DNA of 64,000 nt from Candidatus Bathyarchaeota archaeon (GTDB taxonomy: Archaea; Thermoproteota; Bathyarchaeia; Bathyarchaeales; Bathyarchaeaceae). Location: assembly GCA_963697165.1 (NCBI GenBank), contig CAVOMX010000006.1:1-64000 (forward strand). The letters run 5' to 3'. Positions 11,559 to 22,128 of the stretch are shown here, in pieces; position 1 is the first letter of the stretch; each line of letters opens with the position of its first letter. Both the position numbers and the translations under genes were made by a program. The notes under the pieces are model-generated. The model did no database searches. It was not told the DNA's origin and saw only the letters and a program-made list of their open reading frames with translations.

Positions 11559-12098
11559 ATGTTCAAGAATATATCAATGTTAAAAACGGATCAAAATGAT
11601 GCAGCCCAAAAAGAATACCTTTTCCAGTGCGAGGGGAAAACGGTTTGCGTTAAGACTAACAGAGACTACACAAAAACTCACATGTGGACAAAGAATACTC
11701 TTGAAGGAAATCAAAAAATTGGAATAACTGATTATGCTCAGCAGCATCTAAGGGAAAAAGTAGGTCTAGTAGAGATCTCCAAGAACACCACAGTTGGTGA
11801 AGATGTTGAGGTCGGAGAAGTCTTTGGCACTGTTTATGGAAGACCCTGTGCAGACCTTGACGAGATGCGATGTGAGTACGTTGCCTTTGATCTTATAGCC
11901 CCAATTAGCGGCAAAATAGTTGACATCAACTGGCGAATAATGGAAACTCCTGATATCATAAACAATAGCCCTTACGATGAAGGGTGGATTGTAACTATTG
12001 CCCCTAAAAATAAGACTGACTTAAGCGAGCTCATCACCGCGAAGGCCTACAAAAAATTGCTTGAAAAACAGGAGAAATCTCCCTTCAGAGTCTTGTAA
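11559..12098 (+). CDS. Glycine cleavage H-protein-like protein lacking the lipoyl-lysine
   Basis: YTKTHMW, IGITDYAQ, APISGKIVDIN, PDIINNSPYDEGW; the ESVK turn is replaced by YGRPCADLDEMRCEY. Confidence 0.85.
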   Translation: MFKNISMLKTDQNDAAQKEYLFQCEGKTVCVKTNRDYTKTHMWTKNTLEGNQKIGITDYAQQHLREKVGLVEISKNTTVGEDVEVGEVFGTVYGRPCADLDEMRCEYVAFDLIAPISGKIVDINWRIMETPDIINNSPYDEGWIVTIAPKNKTDLSELITAKAYKKLLEKQEKSPFRVL

Positions 12099-12125
12099 TA
12101 TAGAACGATCTAGTAGGTTCCCCAA

Positions 12126-12692
12126 ATGCAGAAATCTATAGTTCTTCCATCTACGGCAGAGAATGAACTGCGGCAGTTCATCTTTAAGACAACAACAGAT
12201 GCTGCTCGGAAGGATTTGATTCAAGTGCTTCAAGCAGTTCAAGAAAGATACGGATATTTACCAAAAGAAAGCTTGCGAATGATTGCAATCAATCTGAGAG
12301 TCTCTTTTAGTGAAGTCTATGGTGTTGCCACTTTCTATCACCAATTCAGGCTTCAACCCCCTGGAATGTATGTGATCCAAGTGTGCATGGGAACTGGTTG
12401 CCATGCAAAAGGGAACGCCGACAACTTTGAGCACCTCAAATTGCTTCTTGATCTCAAGCCTGATCAATACATTACCAAAGACAAAGTTTTCAGTCTTGAA
12501 TCAGCAAGATGCTTCGGATGTTGTAGTTTAGCACCTGTACTTGCGGTTACTGATAGCACTGGCAATTACCGGCGACTATACGGGAATGTTGACCAGAAGG
12601 TATTGAAGAAAATTTTAGCTGAATACAGAGAGAAAGCCAAACAAGAGGAGAGTGAACCAAAACGCGAAATAATAGTTTGCCCGAAGAGTTAA
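12126..12692 (+). CDS. nuoE: NuoE/HydC-like [2Fe-2S] subunit
   Basis: VYGVATFYHQF, CMGTGC, CFGCCSLAP. Confidence 0.9.
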   Translation: MQKSIVLPSTAENELRQFIFKTTTDAARKDLIQVLQAVQERYGYLPKESLRMIAINLRVSFSEVYGVATFYHQFRLQPPGMYVIQVCMGTGCHAKGNADNFEHLKLLLDLKPDQYITKDKVFSLESARCFGCCSLAPVLAVTDSTGNYRRLYGNVDQKVLKKILAEYREKAKQEESEPKREIIVCPKS

Positions 12693-14540
12693 TCTATGGC
12701 AAGACAGGGTTTAAAATCAGAGTTCCCCTAGGTAGTTGCACAATTGCTGCGGGCGCTAACGAAGTTTTACAAAGTATAAATACAATTGTCAATTCAATGG
12801 GTTTGGATGTTGAGATAACTCCAGTAGGCTGTATGGGACTAGATTTCATTGATCCTTGGATTGAAATAACAAAGAAGGGCTATCCTTCCGCAATTTATGC
12901 TAATGTAACGCCAGACATTGTTGAACAAATTATTCGTGAATATTTAGATGAAAACTTCTCAAGCGCTTACGCATTCAGGTTCGGAAAAACCGTAGAAGAA
13001 AACGTTCCTTTACTAGATGAACTTGATGTGTGGAAGAATCAGGTCAGATGGATTTCTGGAAAATGCGGAATAATTAATCCCGAATCAATAGACGACTACA
13101 CAACAGTTGGGGGCTATGAGGGCCTTAAAAAATGTTTGAGCATGAAACAGGAAGAAACAATAGAAGATCTAAAGAAAGCCAACCTCAGAGGTAGAGGCGG
13201 AGCAGGTTTTCCAACATGGATCAAATGGAACATATGCAAAGAACAGACAAACGACATAAAATACATAATTGCCAACTGTGATGAAGGTGACCCAGGCGCA
13301 TTCATGAATAGACTTCTGGCAGAATCAGACCCGCACAGAATCTTGGAAGGACTAATTATAGCAGGGTACACAATTGGGGCTCACAAGGGATTCATCTTTG
13401 TACGCGCAGAGAAACCTTTGGCTGCCAAACGGCTACTAAAAGCTGCTGAAGACGCAAGAGAGAAAGGTTTCCTAGGCGGAAACATTCTGGGCAGCGGTTA
13501 CTGTTTTGACATAGAAGTTTTTCTGAGTGCTGGCGCTTTCGTTTGTGGCGAAGAAACCGCTATGATCGCTGCAATACAGGGCGAAAGAGCTACTCCTATC
13601 CAAAGACCACCCTTTCCTGCCGTTAAAGGTCTATGGGGCATGCCTACAATAATCAACAATGTTGAAACACTCGCTCACGTGGCAACAATCATGACTGAAG
13701 GATGGGAAAAATTTGCCGCATTAGGAACTGAGAAAAGCAAAGGAACTAAGATGTACTGTGTCACTGGCTCTGTGAAAAGAACTGGAGCTTATGAAGTTCC
13801 AATTGGAACCCCAATAAAGAAGCTATTATATAATATAGCTGGAGGACCTCCCGAAGCTAGAAAAATCAAAGCTGTTCAGTTGGGTGGACCCAGCGGTGGC
13901 TGTATTCCCGTAGACATGTTTGACTTACCCATGGATTATGACAGCCTCCAAAGTGCAGGAGCCATTATGGGCTCGGGCGGTATGGTGGTCCTGGATAACA
14001 CAAACTGTATGGTGGACATGGCTCGTTTCTTTCTTTCATTCACTACTGCTGAGTCCTGTGGTAAATGTTCTGTTGGACGTATAGGAACACGGCTAATGTA
14101 TGAGACATTGAAGCGGATCACTAATGGTGAAGGTACTGCTGATGACGTCGAATTATTGAAGGAAACCAGCGATGTCATTCAAAAAGCGAGTTTATGTGCA
14201 CTAGGCAGAACAGCATCCAACCCAGTACCTGACAACACTTAGATACTTCGAGAAAGAATACGCTGATCACATCGAAGCTAAGAAATGCGAAGCAATGGTC
14301 TGTAAACCACTTCTAACTTATCACATTAATTCTGAGAAATGCAAAGGCTGTCTAGTATGTGCCAAAAGCTGTCCTGTGCAGGCGATTTCAGGCGAGAAAG
14401 GCTCTACACCCACAATAGATCAAACTAAATGTATCAAATGTGGAACTTGCGCAGTTAGCTGCCCCTTTGGTGTAATTGAAAATGTGCCTGGTAGACTTGT
14501 TGACCAGTCAGTAATACTTGAGGAGGGTTGCCGTAAATGA
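12677..14540 (+). CDS. nuoF: NuoF/HydB-like FMN/NADH-binding subunit with C-terminal 2x[4Fe-4S] (one-base frameshift near 14230)
   Basis: LRGRGGAGFPT, NCDEGDPGAF, FVCGEETA; removing one C gives NPVLTTLRYFEKEYADHIEAKKCEAMVC and joins the ferredoxin ORF 14295-14540. Confidence 0.88.
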
Positions 14541-15016
14541 TCTTTTCGAAAATTGAGCCCTATGAAGAAATAATTAAGAAACTGAATAAAAAAGAAGACA
14601 AGATAGCTATAATAAGCTGCAATACTTGTGCCCGAACCTGTGGAAATGGTGGACTAAACAAACTCAACGAGCTAGGTCTAAGATTGATACGTGATGGGTA
14701 CTATGTGACCGATGAAGCTGTCGTATTATATGCTTGTTCAGAACCTATGCTCAGGGAAGCCAAGCTCGATCTGGAGGCTAACACAATTATTGTTCTTTCG
14801 TGTTCTGCAGGTTGGTCATGCTTTACGCGGAACTTTCCTGAAAAGAAAGTGTTGAAAGTCACAGAGGACATTGGCTTGGTTATGACTGACACGGACAATG
14901 AAATCTTCAAAGTTGTGATGCCCTACAAGAATCATGAATCCGAGATGGGAAAAGAGTACAGGATAAACACTGGAGAGCCCCTTGTTGGCGAAAAAATCAA
15001 AGTGAGGTGTGTCTAG
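14537..15016 (+). CDS. MetV N-terminal-like Cys-rich protein
   Basis: CxxCxxxCxxGG ... AC ... LSC pattern as in the N-terminal half of MetV; no C-terminal MTHFR_C cluster motif. Confidence 0.65.
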   Translation: MIFSKIEPYEEIIKKLNKKEDKIAIISCNTCARTCGNGGLNKLNELGLRLIRDGYYVTDEAVVLYACSEPMLREAKLDLEANTIIVLSCSAGWSCFTRNFPEKKVLKVTEDIGLVMTDTDNEIFKVVMPYKNHESEMGKEYRINTGEPLVGEKIKVRCV

Positions 15017-16216
15017 TTGATAATATCTGTTCGTTCATTATCATATGATCAACTTAAACGAAACTTAAATCCCGATGAAAAAATTATAATCTGGAGCTGC
15101 GATACGTGTGTGAAGCACTGTGGCATCGCTGGAATGGAAAAGATGACTGCCCTAGAGGACTTGCTCAAGGAGGATGGCTACAATGTCCTTAAAAAGGAGC
15201 TTATCAGCGAATCTTGCCAGATCAACCTCGCTAAGAAACACAAGGCAACAGAAGAAGAAGTATTCAACGAAGCCACTGCAATAATTGTCCTCACATGCGA
15301 AATTGGCTATCAGTGCGTAAAAACTGTGTTTCCATACAAGAAGATTATTGGAACTGCGAAAACCTTCGGATCAGGAAACTTCAGCAACAAAAAAGGGCCA
15401 ATCTTAACTTCACCTCTACCAACTACAGGTTTAGCCCTGGAACCAGAAGGTTACACTCTAAACAAGTTAGTGGAAGATTTCAATCTGTATCCCAAGTTCT
15501 TCGATGCTGACAAAGTGCCTAACCCAGAAAAGATCACCATAACCGTAGATGGCAAACCTCTCGAAGTAAAGAAAGGCGGTAATTTGCTGGATGAGCTGGA
15601 GGCTAATCGGATAAGAATCCCCCATCTGTGCTACGACTCCAGTTTAGGATCTATTGGAGCCTGCCGAATGTGTCTTGTAAAAATTGAAGGCAAAAGAGGC
15701 TTAATCCCATCATGCTGCACTCAGATCGAAGAAGGTATGAACGTCACAACCGAAGATGAAGAGCTTGAGCGTCTTCGAAGGTCAGTACTGCAGATAATTA
15801 TCGCTGAATGTGGAAATGAGATACAGCAAAGCAGAGACATCCGTTTCTGGATGCGTAGATACAAAATAACCGAAAACAGGTTCAGGCTCTCCAAAAAGGA
15901 TCAAATCGTCGACGACTCCAACGAGGTTCTTATCATGGACCCCAACCGCTGTATTCTTTGTGGAAGATGTGTTCGTGCCTGCGCTAATTTATCAGGTCAA
16001 AAAGTTATCAACTTCGCTTACAGAGGAAGCAACACTGTTGCAATCACTGGATTAAACGACGCTTTCGGTAACACCGATTGTGCACACTGTTTAGCATGTT
16101 CTCACTACTGTCCAACAAATGCGATAACGCCTAAATCAGTCTCCAAGAAGATCTCAGGCTATCCATTCTGGACTCAAATTTCATATCCAAAGAAGATGGT
16201 ACGCACAAGCCAATAG
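15017..16216 (+). CDS. Fusion of a MetV-like Cys domain with a HydA/NuoG/HoxU-type [2Fe-2S]+2x[4Fe-4S] module
   Basis: CDTCVKHC..ESC..LTC, then IPHLC..GACRMCLV..SC, CILCGRCVRAC, CAHCLACSHYCP; ends without a catalytic domain. Confidence 0.8.
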   Translation: MIISVRSLSYDQLKRNLNPDEKIIIWSCDTCVKHCGIAGMEKMTALEDLLKEDGYNVLKKELISESCQINLAKKHKATEEEVFNEATAIIVLTCEIGYQCVKTVFPYKKIIGTAKTFGSGNFSNKKGPILTSPLPTTGLALEPEGYTLNKLVEDFNLYPKFFDADKVPNPEKITITVDGKPLEVKKGGNLLDELEANRIRIPHLCYDSSLGSIGACRMCLVKIEGKRGLIPSCCTQIEEGMNVTTEDEELERLRRSVLQIIIAECGNEIQQSRDIRFWMRRYKITENRFRLSKKDQIVDDSNEVLIMDPNRCILCGRCVRACANLSGQKVINFAYRGSNTVAITGLNDAFGNTDCAHCLACSHYCPTNAITPKSVSKKISGYPFWTQISYPKKMVRTSQ

Positions 16217-16303
16217 ATCAATACACGTAAAAGACTGCTGCTAGACGCCATCTATAAAGAGAATGCGCGTTTAGCCCCTTTTTTCCTGCTCATTTTTTTT
16301 TTT

Positions 16304-18236
16304 TTAGATTGTAAGTAGCCTGAAGGCTATTCCTCCAAGTAGAAGGGCTAGCGCGATTTCAAAAACAGTGATAAGTAATGCCTTCTTCCAGCCGAATTCT
16401 TTGACCAATGCACCTATAGTCGCTACGCAGGGTATGTATAGCATTACCACTAGAGTGAAGACAATCATTTGAGCTTCAGTCATGACCAGAGCAAAGTTTG
16501 TGGTTCCCAACAGCGTAGCAAGCATTACCAACGTCAGTTCCTTTCTTAACACACCAAATATGAGAGCTATTCCCGTAACTGCTGGCAATCCAAGCCAAGT
16601 AACCGTTACGGGGCTAAATATGCTTGCGATTGGTTCTAACACGTTTGCAATCTCTGCAATTTTGATTACGAAGCTGCCCGCAATTATTAGCGGAAACGCC
16701 ATTACTATGAATTCTTGTAGTCTGAACCAAGTTTGCTTTGCAACCGTTTTCATGTGTGGTATTCTGTAGTCGTTCATCTCCATTATCAGTTCAGTTGGTT
16801 CGCCTGGAAGGGCTTTGAATGCTATCCTTCCGAGAACGAAGATTATGATTAGGTTTATGATGTAAAGCGCGAGCGCCCATTGGATCCCTACAAATGCCCC
16901 TACTAGTCCAAGGATGACGACTGATGTTGCAGCGCATGGTACGAGTGTAACAACAAATGCGGTTAAGAGTCTTTCACGGGTGGTCTCCATTATTCTGCAT
17001 CCTAGACACCCTGGAACATTGCAGCCGAAGCTGAGCATAACCGGAATGAATGCTTTTCCATGCAAACCCATTTTGTGCATTAAATTATCCATCAGAAAGG
17101 CAATTCGGCTCAGATACCCTGAATCTTCAAAGAGATACAACATGAAATAGAACGGAAGAATGTAAGGCAATGCAACTGTGACTCCGCCAATGATGCCTTC
17201 TATTGCTCCTCCCCAGACTAGTTCTCCAACGATTCCTGTTCCAAGAACACTGTCAAAAGCTTGGTTTCAAACCAAAAAAGAAGTCGCCTAAAAGAGCAGA
17301 TGTGAAGTCCCCGAAACTGAATATTGCAACAAAAACGGATAGGATCGTCGTTAACATTATCGGATAACCGAAAACTCTGTGTGTTGTCGCAGTGTGCAGT
17401 TTTTCTCTCATGGGCATCTTCAGCGGCTTTGTTATCTCCTGAATTTCTTTCGAAATTCTGCTTGCCACTTCGTATATCTCAGACGTAACAACAGTTGGGC
17501 AGGAGTGACCATGAATCTGTTCAAGTTCTGCCCTAAGCTTTTCGGCAACTGCCACAATTTTTGGATTTGCTTCAAGAACCTCTTTTTCAACTTCTTTGTC
17601 TTCGTCTAGAAGTTTTATTGCAACCCATCTGGCGGGGTACCTCAACTGAGTTTTGTTAAGAAGTTTAACAAGTTTTTCAATTCTTTCTTCGATTTCTTTT
17701 CCGTATCGTGGCTTCAGAGGGTCTATTTTTCTTTTTTTCTCGATAACTTCGATTGCTGTTTCCAGCATCTCATAGACGCCCTTTCCGCTGACTGCAACTG
17801 TTGGAACAACTGGTACCCCTAGAATCTTCTCTGCCTTAGCATAATCAATAATAATGCCCTTTTTCTTTGCCATGTCAATCTGGTTTAAGGCTACTATAAG
17901 GGGGGTTTCCAGTTCCAGAAGCTGCAAAGTGAAGAACAGGTTTCTTTCAAGAAGCGAAGCGTCTACAACATTTATCACTAAATCGGGCTTTTCGGTTGCG
18001 ATGTACTCCCGTGAAATTAGCTCCTCCATGGAAAATGTTGACAACGAGTAGATTCCAGGCAAATCAACAAAGTCTATTGTGTAGCCTTTGAAATGTAGAG
18101 TTCCCTCAGCTTTTTCAACTGTTTTTCCGGGCCAGTTTCCGATATGCTGATGAAGGCCTGTTAATTGATTGAATATGACTGATTTTCCTACGTTTGCGTT
18201 TCCTGCCAAGGCAATTGTAAAATGGTTGTCGCTCAT
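16304..18236 (-). CDS. feoB: Ferrous iron transporter FeoB (frameshift near 17250)
   Basis: GNANVGKS, GNWPGKTVE, DLPG; membrane part EDSGYLSR, SFGCNVP, YIPCVAT. Confidence 0.93.
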
Positions 18237-18529
18237 CTTTCTGCATCCACAAGTATTCTGCTAGCCATTCCTCTGCCTATGGCTAACCTTGAACCCCTAA
18301 CGCAAACTTCTAGTGGTCCATTGAAAGGCGCTGACTTTACAACAGTTACTTCTGTGCCAGGGGTTAGACCCAAATCTGTAAGTCTTTTGACGCAGCGAGA
18401 GGTCGTAAAATGCTTTTTCCAACCTTTTCCTGCTCTATGTCCACACATCGGTTGTCCTTCTGAATTGAGGTCTGTGGATGTTATGACTCCAGTTTCGCCG
18501 TTCCTCAACGCTGTTAGTGGCAGCTCCAT
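18233..18529 (-). CDS. feoA: FeoA family protein
   Basis: RLTDLGLTPGTEV..APFNGP..GSRLAIGRGMA; contains a His/Cys/basic insert. Confidence 0.9.
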   Translation of the reverse strand: MELPLTALRNGETGVITSTDLNSEGQPMCGHRAGKGWKKHFTTSRCVKRLTDLGLTPGTEVTVVKSAPFNGPLEVCVRGSRLAIGRGMASRILVDAER

Positions 18530-19228
18530 TAGTTTCTCACTTCTCCTTCACTTTTCTTAACATAGATGATCGATGCTACATCATGGTCGATTGTGCAGAT
18601 TTTGTTCCTAACTCCGAATTGTAACAGAACCTCTAGGAACTATGTTTTCGATTTGCACTCTTTCTCCGGGTTTGAGTTTTAATTTGGTAAGTTGTTGTAG
18701 GGTCTCAGTTTTTTCTTCAGTTATCTTAACAATAACTCCACTAGTTTTGGCGTCAAGTTCAGTGAGAGCTACTGTTTCGTCTTCAAGGATTCCTCCACAA
18801 CCTGTCGGTATCGGGTTTCCATGAGGGCATCTTTTTGGGTGCCCTAACGCTTTCTCTAGTGGCTTGAGTATTTCTGGTGAAATGGCATGTTCTAGTTTGC
18901 AGGCTGGGTCGTGGACCTCGCTCCAGTCTAGATGTAAAAAATCTGTTAATAGTCGTTCTGCGAGTCGGTGTCTCCTTAGAATGCTTGAAGCAATTTTTTG
19001 TCCATTATCAGTTAACTTTACTCCTTTGTATGGTTCATGAATGACCAGTCCTTTTCTTTCCAAGTTTTCGATTGTGTTTGTAATCGAACCAGGAACTACT
19101 CCCAATTCTCTGGAAAGATCCATTGTTCTGGCGAATCCTACTTTGCTTTGTAAGCGGTAGATTGCCTCTAGATATTCTTCGGCTTGGTTGGTGACTTGTT
19201 TCTCTTCGGTGTTCATGACTTTCACCAC
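18529..19228 (-). CDS. DtxR/MntR family metal-dependent regulator with C-terminal FeoA-like domain (frameshift near 18612)
   Basis: EEYLEAIY, RRHRLAERLL, ACKLEH, CPHGNPIP; the alternative frame continues to a TAA overlapping the feoA ATG. Confidence 0.9.
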
Positions 19229-19232
19229 CTAG

Positions 19233-19254
19233 AAATTACGACCTCTCGTAATTT
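19233..19254. promoter_or_regulatory. Putative DtxR operator
   Basis: Perfect inverted repeat AAATTACGA-cctc-TCGTAATTT immediately upstream of dtxR-feoAB. Confidence 0.6.
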
Positions 19255-19312
19255 TATTTGCTGCATAATTATAGATAAACCTTACCATATACATCTACTA
19301 AAACACCAAAAA

Positions 19313-19989
19313 CTATCTCATACGCTCTGATAAATGCACATGAAGACCTGCCGAAATAAGTAAAGAATAGTTTTTGTTACTTTTCTTTGCTTCTACTTTG
19401 AAATGTTTTTGGAAAACTTGATAGATTTCTTCTGGATTTTCCAGTATAAAGATGCCGTCCATGGCAGCCAGCTTTTTGACATGTTCAACATCTTCTTTTC
19501 TTACACGTATTTTCATTTCGCTCCCGTCGGGAAGCTGCGTAACGGTTACTCCTTCTTTGTAGTCACAGGGCATTATATAGACTGGAACAAAGGCTTTCAG
19601 AGCCATTATCGCAGAGTTACAGTTAGTAAAGTGTCCGATATTCCATTTGCGAGTTTTGCAACTGTATTAGATGTAGCCGGAGCAATCAACAAAAATTCGA
19701 TTTTTCCACTCTGAAGCTGAACCGCAAGGGTTGGTATATTAGAGTTAATTTCAACCCGACTTTTGTCAAATTCTTCCTGCAGCTCTTTAAAAAGATGATA
19801 ATATTTTATAACCAAGTCTCCTGCCTTGGAAAGGTAAACTGTAATTCTGAAGTCATCTTGGTGTTGGTTTTTTATTTGCTTCATGACATCAAATACTTCA
19901 AGAAGACGGTCTCCACTTCCTGTGATTCCCCAAGCAACTCTCTTCTTCTTTTGTTGCTTTTTTTCTCTTTCCACGTTTCCAGCAGCCAT
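19313..19989 (-). CDS. afpA: Archaeal flavoprotein AfpA (frameshift near 19620)
   Basis: VAWGITGSGD, APATSNTVAK..GISDTL, PVYIMPCD. Confidence 0.82.
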
Positions 19990-19996
19990 TTTTCTA

Positions 19997-20599
19997 TCAC
20001 TTTAACTCTTGCTTTTTTATCTCAATTCTATTCATCGCATCAGCGAATCTTTTGAGGGTTTTTTTTAAACTTCTAAAACCTTCCATGTCCTCTTTTACGC
20101 CTTCTAGTGAATCTTTTGACCAGAAGTTTGCTCCCAAGTTTGCTCCAAAAGCACCACCACTTATAGGTATCATCCCATTTAGGACGTAAAATGTATGGAT
20201 TTGCTGGATTGCCAGTTCCTGTCCTCCAATTCTGTCTCCTCCAACAGTTATTGCTGCACCTATTTTGTATTTCAAGACATTGATGTCCGTAGCTAAAAGT
20301 GCTCTACATCTATCTAAAATTGCTTTTGTTTGGGCGCTCATTCCCCCATTGTAGACAGGAGTGGCAAAAATTATCCCATCGGCGTCTTTTAATAGACTGT
20401 AAACGGTGTTCATATCATCCTGTATTATGCATTCTTTATGTTTCAAGCAATGGTCACAGTGTGTGCAGAATCCGATTTTTTTGTTTCTAACTGTGAAAAA
20501 CTCAGTTTTGAAGCCCATCGTTTCCAGTGTGTTCAGGGCTTCTTTTAGAACATGTTCTGTTGCACCTTTTCTAGGGCTTCCGCATATGCCAACAATCAT
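19997..20599 (-). CDS. Iron-sulfur flavoprotein (Isf)/flavodoxin family
   Basis: GSPRKGAT, CTHCDHC..C, TPVYNG, GGQE. Confidence 0.88.
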   Translation of the reverse strand: MIVGICGSPRKGATEHVLKEALNTLETMGFKTEFFTVRNKKIGFCTHCDHCLKHKECIIQDDMNTVYSLLKDADGIIFATPVYNGGMSAQTKAILDRCRALLATDINVLKYKIGAAITVGGDRIGGQELAIQQIHTFYVLNGMIPISGGAFGANLGANFWSKDSLEGVKEDMEGFRSLKKTLKRFADAMNRIEIKKQELK

Positions 20600-20824
20600 T
20601 GAGGTTCATCAGTTTAATATTCACTAAACTCAATAAATGTTACTAAGAAGTGGTAAATTGCATTTTAAACATAATGTAGATTTTTCCCTCTTTCTATCTT
20701 CCCTTGTGTAGGCTTCCTTTTGTAGTGCAAAGAATATATAAGAATGCAAAATAAGCCTTTACTATTTTTATAATGCATTCTGAATCGTTGAATTTAGACC
20801 ACATAGACAGACGTGAATTTTTTT

Positions 20825-20856
20825 GGTAAAATTTTAATCCCAATCCCAAACCCAAA
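20825..20856. repeat. Palindrome family 1, degenerate copy with CCCAAA tail
   Basis: GGTAAAATTTTAATCCCAATCCCAAACCCAAA. Confidence 0.55.
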
Positions 20857-21084
20857 CTCGAGGGTCCCAAAGTATCTGATGAGCTCGTGTTTCCCATGAA
20901 TTTGTTACTTTTGGTCATCTGTTATGTGAAATAGGTTACATTTTTAGTCACTAGTTATTATTTTGCAAAGATTATGGTTTTTTCATAATGAATAGTATCA
21001 TTTTGTGTAACCAAATACGCGTAATTAGGCGAGATTAGAAAAATTTATTTAAAGCGATCAAAATATATATTATATCTGAATTTA

Positions 21085-21918
21085 TTGGAGGTTTTGAAAA
21101 TAAATAAAATCAAAGCAACAACTTTCTGTATGATGATGGTGTGTAGTCTATTTTTGGCATCAATAACTGGAATAGTATTGGCTCAGAAAGCAGGATACAC
21201 ATTAGAACATTATAGGATGGAAACCATACCAACTATCGATGGAACCTGGACTACCTCTTTTGAATGGGCAGATGCAAATGAAAAACAGCTAGACGGCGAG
21301 ATTGAAGCTATTTTCAGATCTAAATATGATTTTGAACTTATTACCAGTGCCATAATAAATCATTATTTCCTTATCGAGGTTTTCGGTGATACAACCGACG
21401 ATTCAGGCGATTATTTACAAATATGTATTGCTGCAGCGAATCAGGTTGGTGGCGTTCCAACTGGAGGCACTACTCCTCAGTCAGATTGTACAAGATTTGA
21501 TTATGTAGGACACAGTAATAGTGGTTTTGCGTTTTACAGAGGTGATGGCTCAGCATGGGTCGAAAGTTCAGCTTACAGTTGGGGACCTGACGTGCAAATA
21601 GTTGATTCCTTTGGCACGTCTCCTCTATCTAATACTCCTCACTTGATTATCGAGGTTAAGATAGCACGGGAGGCCTTTAGTATAAATCCTGAATTTTGGA
21701 TTAGAGTAGCAACATACGATCAAAGCAATTCTGCTGAGGGAGTCCAAGCCTGGCCAGAAGGTTCTAGAGATAATCCGAACGATTGGGGATTAGTAGATAC
21801 GGTCAATGAGACTATTCCAGAATTTCCAGCATGGATTATATTACCAATGTTCGTAATGGCAACTTTAGTAATCATAATCGGTAGAAAAAGACTGACAAAA
21901 AGTGGAACACTGACTTAG
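21085..21918 (+). CDS. Secreted protein with PEF-CTERM-like sorting signal
   Basis: Signal peptide; PTIDG..W N-terminal motif; IPEFP-TM-RKR C-terminus. Confidence 0.8.
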   Translation: MEVLKINKIKATTFCMMMVCSLFLASITGIVLAQKAGYTLEHYRMETIPTIDGTWTTSFEWADANEKQLDGEIEAIFRSKYDFELITSAIINHYFLIEVFGDTTDDSGDYLQICIAAANQVGGVPTGGTTPQSDCTRFDYVGHSNSGFAFYRGDGSAWVESSAYSWGPDVQIVDSFGTSPLSNTPHLIIEVKIAREAFSINPEFWIRVATYDQSNSAEGVQAWPEGSRDNPNDWGLVDTVNETIPEFPAWIILPMFVMATLVIIIGRKRLTKSGTLT

Positions 21919-21948
21919 ATTTATGGCAACGGCTATTCATTCCCTGAT

Positions 21949-22026
21949 TGTGATATCACCCGCGGTTCTTCCGCAAAACTTCCCCTTTTTTTAAGGGCTA
22001 AAATTGAACCCCAAACCCAAACCCAA
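21949..22026 (+). repeat. Composite repeat: family 2 motif + family 1 palindrome + CCCAAA tail
   Basis: TGTGATATCACC..CCGCAAAACTTCCCCTTTTTTT-AA-GGGCTAAAATTGAACCC-CAAACCCAAACCCAA. Confidence 0.75.
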
Positions 22027-22128
22027 TTACGGTTCCATACATTAACTTAGGGTCGTTAACAGAAATAAGTTTTAGTTATCCTTGAAATAGAAACTCATAA
22101 GATTCAGTGACTGGAAGTTTAGGTAGTG

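Noticed and set aside
20876..20935. CTGATGAG as a hammerhead ribozyme core
   Set aside because: No stem II followed by GAAA.
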